DNA from: Spirochaetales bacterium
GTDB taxonomy: Bacteria; Bacillota; Clostridia; Christensenellales; UBA1242
DNA length: 64,000 nucleotides
Direction: 5' to 3'
Assembly: GCA_050178795.1 (NCBI GenBank)
Contig: JBFXFT010000005.1
Coordinates: forward strand, 2,612 to 66,611
Shown here: positions 8,276-15,631 of the stretch, in pieces
Numbering within the stretch: position 1 is the first letter of the stretch
How the letters are laid out: the number at the start of each line of letters is the position of its first letter
The notes under the pieces: generated by a model
Told to the model about the DNA's origin: nothing
Seen by the model: the letters and a program-made list of their open reading frames with translations, nothing else
The model's database searches: none
Translations under genes and position numbers: made by a program

Positions 8276-8743
8276 TTAATCTTTTAACTTTTCGTTTTCT
8301 AATATATAATTTCTTAATTTATTAATTGCATTTTTATATCTATAACTTATTAAGCTAGGTAGTATGTTATATTTTCTTGATATCTCAATTTTTTTATAAT
8401 TTTGCCAAAATATTTTTCTAATGATAAACCATTCTTCTTTACTTAATTTTTTCAAAGCTTTATTAAGAAGTTTTAACCAAATTTCTTTTTGGGTTAATTC
8501 CTTTAGTCCTTCTTTTTCTTCTAGTACATCATAAGGATTCGGTGTGGTGTCAATAAATATGTTTTCTTTAATATAATCATTTTCGTCTTTTATCCCATCA
8601 ACAGAAAACTCATGCTTTGCAATTTGTCTTTTTTGTTCTTTTTCTTCATAATAAAAACCTTTTAAACTTTCTGCTACCGCATTATTAACTTCAATAGTTA
8701 TGTATTCGCCACTTATACTGTCATAATATTTTACAACCTTCAT
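8276..8743 (-). CDS. Sigma-70 region-4-like HTH protein (mobile-element regulator type)
   Basis: C-terminal LSKEEWFIIRKIFWQNYKKIEISRKYNILPSLISYRYKNAINKLRNYI resembles sigma-70 region 4 / LuxR-type HTH; N-terminal YITIEVNNAVAESLKGFYYEEKEQKRQIAKHE pattern is common in ICE/phage sigma-like regulators. Confidence 0.5.
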   Translation of the reverse strand: MKVVKYYDSISGEYITIEVNNAVAESLKGFYYEEKEQKRQIAKHEFSVDGIKDENDYIKENIFIDTTPNPYDVLEEKEGLKELTQKEIWLKLLNKALKKLSKEEWFIIRKIFWQNYKKIEISRKYNILPSLISYRYKNAINKLRNYILENEKLKD

Positions 8744-8772
8744 TAAATAATTCCTTTACCAAATGTAAAGAT

Positions 8773-8810
8773 ATTATATTAAATTAAACTTTATTTGTCA
8801 AACATATGTT
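8773..8810 (-). promoter_or_regulatory. Consensus promoter (TTGACA - 17 nt - TATAAT) of the sigma-r4-like gene, with 10-bp palindrome AACATATGTT abutting the -35
   Basis: Minus strand reads TTGACA aataaagtttaatttaa TATAAT (8801-8773); palindrome at 8801-8810. Confidence 0.6.
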
Positions 8811-8991
8811 CGATAAATAAAACAAAAATAAAAGAGACACTATTTATTATCTCTTCTATTATTAATAGGAAAAATGCCCTAAAATTTCAAACCTGATTAA
8901 TATAATGCAATACAAAATATCTCTGTAAAGCACTTATGTCTTGCTAAAATAAATTTTAAAAATTTCTATGGAAGATCAAAATTTTCAGTGT

Positions 8992-9819
8992 TTACCTTAA
9001 TTCATTCGCACCTTCAAAATATATCCAACCATTTGAAGCGGTTCCAGTACATATAGCTCCCGCATTAGATATTGATGTAGCCTCATAATCAACTTTTAGA
9101 ATAATTTTATCATTAATAACCTCTGCTTTCTCATTTTTTATTAATGAATTAATTATACTCTCATATTTATTATAAAAACTACTTGTGTCATTATTATATG
9201 CTTTAGTCGTTTCACTAGGATGTTTTATTTCACTACCTGATTTAATAATAAATTTACCATTATTAAAGTATATGCTAGCCGTTTTATGTTTGTTATAATA
9301 AAGTTTAATCTTTTGTTTCTTTTCCACAGCAATAGATATATTTTCAGCTTTCAACAAAAATTTAATATCTTCAATATAACTTTCCAAAATTGGCATATCA
9401 AATTGTGAAATGTTTGGCTTTATATTTCGTTCATCTTTATTTTTTAATAAATATGTGCTTTTATTAAATTCATTAATAAAAAAATACTCTAAATAATCAA
9501 TCGTAAGCCTGTTGAATGAATCGCTATCTGTAGTAACCATTATACCATAAGTCCAAAAATCTTTGTTAGCCTTATGATTCAATATTCTATCTACACCATT
9601 AATAGTTTGCCCAATATAAATTTCTTTTTCATTATTTTCAGTTTCACTAAATAAAAAATATACAGAATGTTGGTTTGCATATTTTTCTTTTTTTAGTTCA
9701 CTTAGCATATCTCTTGTAAAATAATATGCTAATATTTTTTTGTTTGGTTCTTGTATAACCTTTAAACTATTTGCACTCTCCTCATTAGGAAATAAATAAT
9801 AAATAGTTTTTGCCTTCAT
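8992..9819 (-). CDS. GIY-YIG nuclease-domain protein (start moved to ATG 9819 behind GAGGT)
   Basis: N-terminal KTIYYLF ... VYFLF ... EIYIGQTINGVDRILNHKANKDFW fits the GIY-YIG pattern (GIY..YIGQT..R..H); C-terminal half resembles the DUF4357-type extension. Confidence 0.65.
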   Translation of the reverse strand: MKAKTIYYLFPNEESANSLKVIQEPNKKILAYYFTRDMLSELKKEKYANQHSVYFLFSETENNEKEIYIGQTINGVDRILNHKANKDFWTYGIMVTTDSDSFNRLTIDYLEYFFINEFNKSTYLLKNKDERNIKPNISQFDMPILESYIEDIKFLLKAENISIAVEKKQKIKLYYNKHKTASIYFNNGKFIIKSGSEIKHPSETTKAYNNDTSSFYNKYESIINSLIKNEKAEVINDKIILKVDYEATSISNAGAICTGTASNGWIYFEGANELR

Positions 9820-10138
9820 ATTATACCTCATATAAATATTTAATTTTAAATATAGTTTAACATATCTCAATAAAATCACCTAGAGCTTTATAATTTATTT
9901 TATATTTAAGTATAACAATTGTTTTTATTTTCTTAATTATTTTAGTCAAGATAAAATGCAACAAAAATGCACTGAAAATGCAAAAGTGTCATTTTTTACC
10001 ATTTAATATCTTTCAATCTTTTTTCATTCTTACTTTTTAATCAATTTGCTGTAACCCTTATAAATACTACTTTATAGCATTTTACATTTTGATATTATAA
10101 GGTAAAAAATAAAACCCCGTAACAATTTTTAACAGCCA

Positions 10139-10183
10139 CTACGGAACCAAAGGTTAGGAGTTCAAATCTCTTACGGTGCACCA
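10139..10183 (+). other. tRNA-Arg(ACG) 3' half (anticodon loop to CCA) without a 5' half: probable attR of the island
   Basis: CTACGGA (loop, anticodon ACG), ACCAA, AGGTT, AGGAG-TTCAAAT-CTCTT (T-arm), ACGGTGC, A, CCA. The upstream bases AGCCA cannot pair with ACCAA, and no GCACCGT acceptor strand exists upstream. Confidence 0.7.
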
Positions 10184-10193
10184 CAATCATTAA

Positions 10194-10227
10194 CTGGTCA
10201 AACTTTTTAGGTTTTGCCAGTTTTTTT
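10194..10227 (+). terminator. Terminator hairpin downstream of the tRNA fragment
   Basis: CTGG(T)CAAA..TTTGCCAG stem followed by TTTTTTT. Confidence 0.5.
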
Positions 10228-10304
10228 AATGTTTTTTACTCTGTTGACAAATTGACAAATAAGTAATATCATAGGAATATAAGGACTATAAGAAGGGTTA
10301 TTTT

Positions 10305-10730
10305 ATGAAAAGTAGCAAAAAATTGCATAAGCAAGAAGTGCGAAGTAGGCAAAAAAACTTAAAAAAACAACAAGAAAAAGATAAAAAACTTGTACAAAGA
10401 ATAGAACAAGTAAATAGAAAAGAGCGTGCAGAGGCAACAAAAACTCAAGTAACGACCGAGGCAATTGCAGAGGAAAAACAAGAGCCATTAAGACCACAAG
10501 AGTTTGAGGAGTCTACCACATTTATTCCAAATGCCTTGGGAGAGATGTTACTAAATTCACCATATTTATACGGGTTATTTGGTAGCGGTCAAAAAAGCAA
10601 TGAGCCAGAAGCAGAGGCAACAAAACGAGAGAAAATAATGGAAATTTGCGGAAGGGCTAATGCAAAACCAAAAGTAAAAACAGACGAGACAGACATTATT
10701 GACGCAGAATTTACAGAAATAGAAAAATAA
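10305..10730 (+). CDS. Hypothetical Lys/Glu-rich protein (141 aa)
   Basis: ORF preceded by TTGACA-17-TATCAT promoter-like sequence (10244-10272) and followed by a hairpin terminator (about 10745-10785); the antisense ORF 10303-10497 is judged spurious. Confidence 0.45.
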   Translation: MKSSKKLHKQEVRSRQKNLKKQQEKDKKLVQRIEQVNRKERAEATKTQVTTEAIAEEKQEPLRPQEFEESTTFIPNALGEMLLNSPYLYGLFGSGQKSNEPEAEATKREKIMEICGRANAKPKVKTDETDIIDAEFTEIEK

Positions 10731-10828
10731 AAACCATAAATGATTATCAATAAAAACTGCAGACTTAAAAAGTTTGCAGTTTTTTAGTGGAAATAAATTA
10801 TAAGCAAATTTTAATACATAAATAACTG

Positions 10829-11611
10829 TTAGTTTTCATCCATATATTTATAATTAAATGTAATTATAGTTGGAATTTGTCTTCCGGTATCTCCAACATA
10901 CGGATACGTTAAAAGTTCTTTCCTGAAAACAGTTTGTGTGGATTTTCCGCCATCCAAATTGTAAGCAAATTTAACATCTGCTTTAATCAAAATACGTCTA
11001 ATTTCTTCTAATGTCATGCCAGGATATTCACAAGTCAAAACAAAATAATTTAGGTTTTGTAACTGTCCAATTACTTGCCTTGACTTTTTCACAACACTAC
11101 CATAATGATAAATTTTATTTGCATCTTTAAAGATTCTTCCGTCAATGATTAAAGGAACAAAACCCGTTACAGCATACACTCCACCGTCATTTATAATATC
11201 TTTTGCAGAAAATGAAGGAGCGTATGCTTTCATGTCTCCGTTTTTATCAATTGCCAAATTGTATAGTTCGGTTCTTTTATCATCTCCCTCATCATTACGT
11301 GTTCTTTTATAGGTTTCTGCTTGGTCTATGATGATGTTAGAATTCAATATTAAAACACATTCGGGTTTTAAGGTTTCTACATTAAAAATACCTGCATTAA
11401 TGGCAAAAAGTCTATTATTGACTTTGCAAAAATTTAGTAAAGATGTTGGTGGTTGTAACTCATTATATGTCAATTCAACTTTGGGACAAATTATTAGTTT
11501 TTCATTAATACACTTTTTTATAACAGTAAAAATGTAACCACAACTACTACTCTCATCAAAAACCTTGCTTATCTTAATTTCATCGCCGATAATTTTATAA
11601 ACATCTTTCAT
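10829..11611 (-). CDS. Phosphodiester glycosidase family (DUF2233/NAGPA-like) protein
   Basis: 260-aa ORF; AINAGIFN and FAYNLDGGKSTQ blocks match my recollection of the DUF2233 family; AAGGAGG RBS. Confidence 0.5.
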   Translation of the reverse strand: MKDVYKIIGDEIKISKVFDESSSCGYIFTVIKKCINEKLIICPKVELTYNELQPPTSLLNFCKVNNRLFAINAGIFNVETLKPECVLILNSNIIIDQAETYKRTRNDEGDDKRTELYNLAIDKNGDMKAYAPSFSAKDIINDGGVYAVTGFVPLIIDGRIFKDANKIYHYGSVVKKSRQVIGQLQNLNYFVLTCEYPGMTLEEIRRILIKADVKFAYNLDGGKSTQTVFRKELLTYPYVGDTGRQIPTIITFNYKYMDEN

Positions 11612-11790
11612 TTTTTCTTTGCCTCCTTGAAAAACAAAAAAATCTCCTCAACTTATGACAGGCACCAAAGTGCTTGCCATTCGTTAAGAAGATTTTAACC
11701 TGTCTTAATTATTCTTAAATAATATCTGCGAGAATGGTGAAACATCAGATATTACTTTATTAGAATATCATCACATTCTTTTTTTGTCAA
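11612..11790 (-). promoter_or_regulatory. Promoter (TTGACA-17-TATTCT, 11790-11762) plus ~140-nt structured leader ending in a terminator-like hairpin with U-tract: candidate attenuator/riboswitch
   Basis: Minus-strand RNA: hairpin AAUAUCUG..CAGAUAUU; GACAGG..CCUGUC; 14-bp helix AAAAUCUUCUUAAC / GUUGAGGAGAUUUU followed by UUUGUUUUU, then AAGGAGG RBS. Confidence 0.4.
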
Positions 11791-11800
11791 TCTTTTGTGT

Positions 11801-11826
11801 TAAAAAACAGGTTTAACAACCTGTTT
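11801..11826 (-). terminator. Terminator of the 76-aa gene (AACAGGTT-loop-AACCTGTT plus T-run)
   Basis: Perfect 8-bp stem read directly, T6 on the minus strand. Confidence 0.7.
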
Positions 11827-11831
11827 CTTTT

Positions 11832-12062
11832 TTATCTTTCATTTTCTGGTTCTGTCTCTAAATCAATAAGTTCTTGATCCTTTCTTGCTATGTAGGCAAC
11901 TGGTCTTGCTACAGTGTTTAGACCATTATTTTCTTCAACATCAAGTACAATTGGTGTTACTGGTCTCTCCTCACTAGTTGTTACCGCTTGTACTCCTAAC
12001 GCCATTCCTACTCCTAATCCTGCAATTACTACTTTTTTCATAAGTCCAGTACTGTTTCCCAT
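11832..12062 (-). CDS. Small membrane/secreted protein (76 aa)
   Basis: One hydrophobic helix (VVIAGLGVGMALGVQAV); own terminator. Confidence 0.4.
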   Translation of the reverse strand: MGNSTGLMKKVVIAGLGVGMALGVQAVTTSEERPVTPIVLDVEENNGLNTVARPVAYIARKDQELIDLETEPENER

Positions 12063-12219
12063 ATTATAATGCCCTCTTTATTTTTATTTCAACTTATTAT
12101 AGCCTTAATTTAATGTCGTGTCAATATGCTTTTGAAAACTTAATATGGTTATTTTGCCATAATTTTAGTTAAAAAAATCCACTTTAAATTAAGTGGATTT
12201 TTAATATTAAATTTTTTAA

Positions 12220-12660
12220 CTACCTGTCAGGTCCGCCATCTCTAATTATATTTAACTCTGCCTCTCTTGCCTTTGTGTTATAAACCACAAGCGCATCTCC
12301 AAAAGCGTCAATAAAGTTTTCTGTTTTATATTCTTCAACGCCTACCTCGTCACCCTCTTTAATTGGTGGCAGTAACACATAAGTTCTCTTTTCCTCGCTG
12401 CCAACGGCAAACTCAAAGTGTTGCCCCCTTAACAGGCTTTTAAGTGCGTAAGATGGTCCTGCTAAAAATGTATTTATTGTCCCTTCTTTTTCTTCCATTG
12501 CTTTGTATAGGTTTTTTACAATTTGATAGTCATTTACTACTTTCTCGCTTTTTAAGTCGCAGATTGTCCTTGTTTGCCTGTTGCCACCGTCTATATATTT
12601 GATTATTATTTGATTGTTTTCTTTGTCATATATTACAAGACCAGCATTTATATTACTCAT
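12220..12660 (-). CDS. Hypothetical protein (start moved to ATG 12660 behind GAGAGG)
   Basis: ORF with RBS and a downstream hairpin terminator (about 12181-12215); no motif recognised. Confidence 0.5.
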   Translation of the reverse strand: MSNINAGLVIYDKENNQIIIKYIDGGNRQTRTICDLKSEKVVNDYQIVKNLYKAMEEKEGTINTFLAGPSYALKSLLRGQHFEFAVGSEEKRTYVLLPPIKEGDEVGVEEYKTENFIDAFGDALVVYNTKAREAELNIIRDGGPDR

Positions 12661-12825
12661 AGCATTTACCTCTCTATTTGTATATATCAATTATCACATT
12701 TTTTGTTTTGTATGTCAAACCATCTAAAATCAATATTGATAAATGTTAATTATTTTTTTGTTGACACTAGTTTTTTGCCTATGGTAAACTCCTAGTAAAT
12801 AATAAAAATTATAGGTGAAAATTTT

Positions 12826-13248
12826 ATGTTTAATGGTCTACTTTTGTTTGCCGCTTCTTTAAGAAGCAAAAAGGTGTTTTATATATTCGCTTTATCCGCG
12901 TGGGCTGTTTTTATGCTTATCAACTATAATTACAGTATGGGTATAGGCTTTGCAATTTTAAACTTTGAAGTTGTCTTTTTAATTACTTATTTAATTAGAA
13001 AATTTAATAGGGGCAATTTAGTGTTGGCGGTTTTATCGGTACTAGTTTATAGCATATTTATTGACATTATTTGCTTTTTTATGTTTCCGACTTTTACTTT
13101 TGGGGTAGACCTATTTACCTATGTCTATAATGGAATAATCTTTAACTACAAACCAATTATATTAAACATTATTGCTGGTGTAATATTTGCCCTTACAAAA
13201 ACGGTTATTAAAGGGGTAGAGCGCAAAAAGCAAAATATTAATGCATAA
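12826..13248 (+). CDS. Small polytopic membrane protein (140 aa, about 4 TM)
   Basis: Hydrophobic segments throughout; followed by bidirectional terminator AAAGTGTAAA..TTTACACTTT (about 13262-13292). Confidence 0.5.
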   Translation: MFNGLLLFAASLRSKKVFYIFALSAWAVFMLINYNYSMGIGFAILNFEVVFLITYLIRKFNRGNLVLAVLSVLVYSIFIDIICFFMFPTFTFGVDLFTYVYNGIIFNYKPIILNIIAGVIFALTKTVIKGVERKKQNINA

Positions 13249-13294
13249 TACAAAAAAACAAAAAGTGTAAAATTTAATTTACACTTTTTTATTG

Positions 13295-15457
13295 TTATTT
13301 TACCTCATATAAGGTTTTATCTATATTGCTTAATAGACCTAAGTTTTCATCTTCATTTAGCACCATTAATTGGTGTAGTGCCCTTGTAAAGACAACATAT
13401 AGTAAGTGCTTTTCGCCCTCTTTAATGTAGTCATTTTTAAAGTGTACCGATATTACCGCGTCAAACTCCAAACCTTTTGATGAGTAGGAACTTAAAACGG
13501 AAGCGCCTTCTATGTAATTGTCGCTATTAAAGTCAATGTAGTTTAGTTTATCAATGCCACCTTTTAATAATTCGTGAACTTCTTTTGCCTCTTTTGAAGT
13601 CTTGCAAATTATGCCTATTTGTTTAAAGCCCTTGGCGCGCATATCTATTACGCTAGCCCTTATTGTGTCTATAATTTTGTCTTTTGTTAAGTTACTATAA
13701 ACCTCTGGGAGTCCCTCATACCTATTCATTGCTTTTATGTTTTGCAGGTCAAGTAGTGCGTTTGAGAAGTTGGCAATTTCGTAACTATTGCGGTAACAAT
13801 TGACTAGCGAAAATCGTTTTGCATCTTGTTTTTTAAACACTCCCTCTATTGCCTCAAAGTTAGTATACTTTAAGTATGGGTTGATGGCTTGGTTGACGTC
13901 GCCTAATATTGTAAATTTGGCTTTATTAAAAGTTTCTTTTAAAATTTCATATTGCAATATACTGTAATCTTGCGCCTCATCAACTACCAAATGCTTAACT
14001 GCGTCTTCTTGTGCTATGCTTGTTAAGTGCATTTTTAAATAGGTCATTGCAATTAGGTCATCATACCTAAGTATTTTGTCTTTTAACCCTTCTAAAATAA
14101 ACGCTGTTATGTCATTTATTGTGTTTTTGAACTTAAAGTTTGCAAAGTGTTTATTTATTAAGGTGCTGTTTTTAAACAGATTTTTATACAAAGTTTCTAT
14201 TTTAAATTTGGTCTTTATTTGTGCCCTAATTACCTTTGAAATTTGACCTTTCTTTATTCTTGCCCTATCGTATAATCCTAAATTGTCTTGTATATTTAGA
14301 ATGGCTTGTTCTATTATGTGTTCCATTCTCTCTGCAAGTTTAAACTTTTTGTACTTTTTATTGTAAAGGTTTTCAAATGTTTCCTTAGAAAGAGCAGTTT
14401 TGTCTTCAAAAATTATGTTTTTGAACTTGGTTGATTTTTCTATTTCTTCAAAGTACTCATCTAACAGTCTTTTAAAGTTTATGCTGTTTTTAAATTTTAA
14501 ACTGTCTAACTCTAAACTGTCTTTTGTTTCATATATGTTTTTTATGTACTCATTAAAGGTTTGTGCCTTAGCATAGTCCGTAACATTTGAAAAATAATAG
14601 TCTGAAAATGTTAAATACTTTACATCGTCCTCACCAAGTTCTGGGAGCACGCTTGAAATGTACTCCGAAAACACTTCGTTTGGAGAAAGTATTACAATGT
14701 TGTCTGCCCTCAATGTGTCCCTTTCTCTATATAGTAAGAACGCTATTCTATGAAGTGCCACCGAGGTTTTACCACTGCCTGCTGGTCCGTCAATAATTAG
14801 CACTCTGTCCTTTTCGTTTCGTATTACTGCGTTTTGTTCCTTTTGAATGCTGTTGACTATGTTCTTCATTTTGGCGCTTGTGTTTTTTGCTAGCGCCTCT
14901 TTTAAAAGTTCGTCGTCTATGTTGATGTTGCTGTCAAACACGAGCTCTAACTTGCGATTATCTATTTTGTACTGTCTTTTTAATTTTATGTCGCCGTGTA
15001 TTACTCCGTCTGGTGCAACATAACTTGCCTCGCCAACCGCATCGTCATAATACATGCTGGCAACTGGACTTCTCCAATCATAGACAAAATATTTGTTTGT
15101 GTCTTGTTTATAAATGCTTGTAAGTCCTATGTATATTTTTAGTAATTCGTCATAATGGTAATCCTCAAAGTCCATCCTCGCAAAGTAGGGTGAGTTTTCA
15201 ACCTTTCTTAAAAGTTTGTACTTTTTGTCGGCGACGTCCCCTGCTGTATACAGGTTGTCTATTGCCCGCATAATTGTACTCATTTCACCTGGGTCCATTT
15301 GACTTTTGTTCTCTGAAAGATATTGCATCAACTTTTGTGCCCTATCCTCAATGTTTGCGAAGTTATTTATTTGCTCACTGTAATTCTCATCAAATATTTT
15401 TATAACTTCTTCTAGGTACTTCTTTTCCTCATCAATTTGCTCTTTTGTTAAAACCAT
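13295..15457 (-). CDS. helD: HelD-type UvrD-family helicase (helicase IV / RNAP recycling factor); start moved to ATG 15457
   Basis: Walker A DGPAGSGKTSVALHRIAFLLY, DEAQDYS (motif II), C-terminal GLEFDAV and LYVVFTRA; size and N-terminal coiled region as in Firmicutes HelD. Confidence 0.8.
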   Translation of the reverse strand: MVLTKEQIDEEKKYLEEVIKIFDENYSEQINNFANIEDRAQKLMQYLSENKSQMDPGEMSTIMRAIDNLYTAGDVADKKYKLLRKVENSPYFARMDFEDYHYDELLKIYIGLTSIYKQDTNKYFVYDWRSPVASMYYDDAVGEASYVAPDGVIHGDIKLKRQYKIDNRKLELVFDSNINIDDELLKEALAKNTSAKMKNIVNSIQKEQNAVIRNEKDRVLIIDGPAGSGKTSVALHRIAFLLYRERDTLRADNIVILSPNEVFSEYISSVLPELGEDDVKYLTFSDYYFSNVTDYAKAQTFNEYIKNIYETKDSLELDSLKFKNSINFKRLLDEYFEEIEKSTKFKNIIFEDKTALSKETFENLYNKKYKKFKLAERMEHIIEQAILNIQDNLGLYDRARIKKGQISKVIRAQIKTKFKIETLYKNLFKNSTLINKHFANFKFKNTINDITAFILEGLKDKILRYDDLIAMTYLKMHLTSIAQEDAVKHLVVDEAQDYSILQYEILKETFNKAKFTILGDVNQAINPYLKYTNFEAIEGVFKKQDAKRFSLVNCYRNSYEIANFSNALLDLQNIKAMNRYEGLPEVYSNLTKDKIIDTIRASVIDMRAKGFKQIGIICKTSKEAKEVHELLKGGIDKLNYIDFNSDNYIEGASVLSSYSSKGLEFDAVISVHFKNDYIKEGEKHLLYVVFTRALHQLMVLNEDENLGLLSNIDKTLYEVK

Positions 15458-15631
15458 ATTAAATATAACCGCCTTTATTATTTTTTGCTGTATATTTTGT
15501 ATTTTTAGTTTCGCGCAAAAACACATAATTATATATTATAAAGAGTAAAATTGTCAATAGGTAAATGCTAATATTAAAACATAAAAAAGCTAAAAGATGT
15601 CTTTTAGCTTTTTATTTTAGTCTTGTAAAAC

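Larger units (their letters stand above)
1..10183. mobile_element. Integrated genomic island (right part; left end lies beyond window start) with tyrosine-integrase module and accessory cargo, bounded on the right by a displaced tRNA-Arg(ACG) 3' half
   Basis: int/xis-like genes at 768-2896; accessory cargo (DarT-like, Fic, GIY-YIG, sigma-r4-like, giant lipoprotein); visibly lower GC than the housekeeping genes further right; 45-nt tRNA 3' half plus terminator at 10139-10227. Confidence 0.6.

Noticed and set aside
10100-10183. Possible complete tRNA or tmRNA 3' end
   Set aside because: Only the 3' 45 nt fold as tRNA. There is no complementary 5' acceptor strand or D-arm, and the ~250 nt upstream are AT-rich with no tmRNA tag-reading frame or pseudoknot-like GC content. 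Interpreted as a displaced tRNA half instead.
11612-11760. Assignment of the leader to a known riboswitch class (c-di-GMP-I/II, purine, T-box, guanidine, ZTP)
   Set aside because: None of the conserved core sequences of these classes could be recognised by eye. It is reported only as an unclassified attenuator-like leader.
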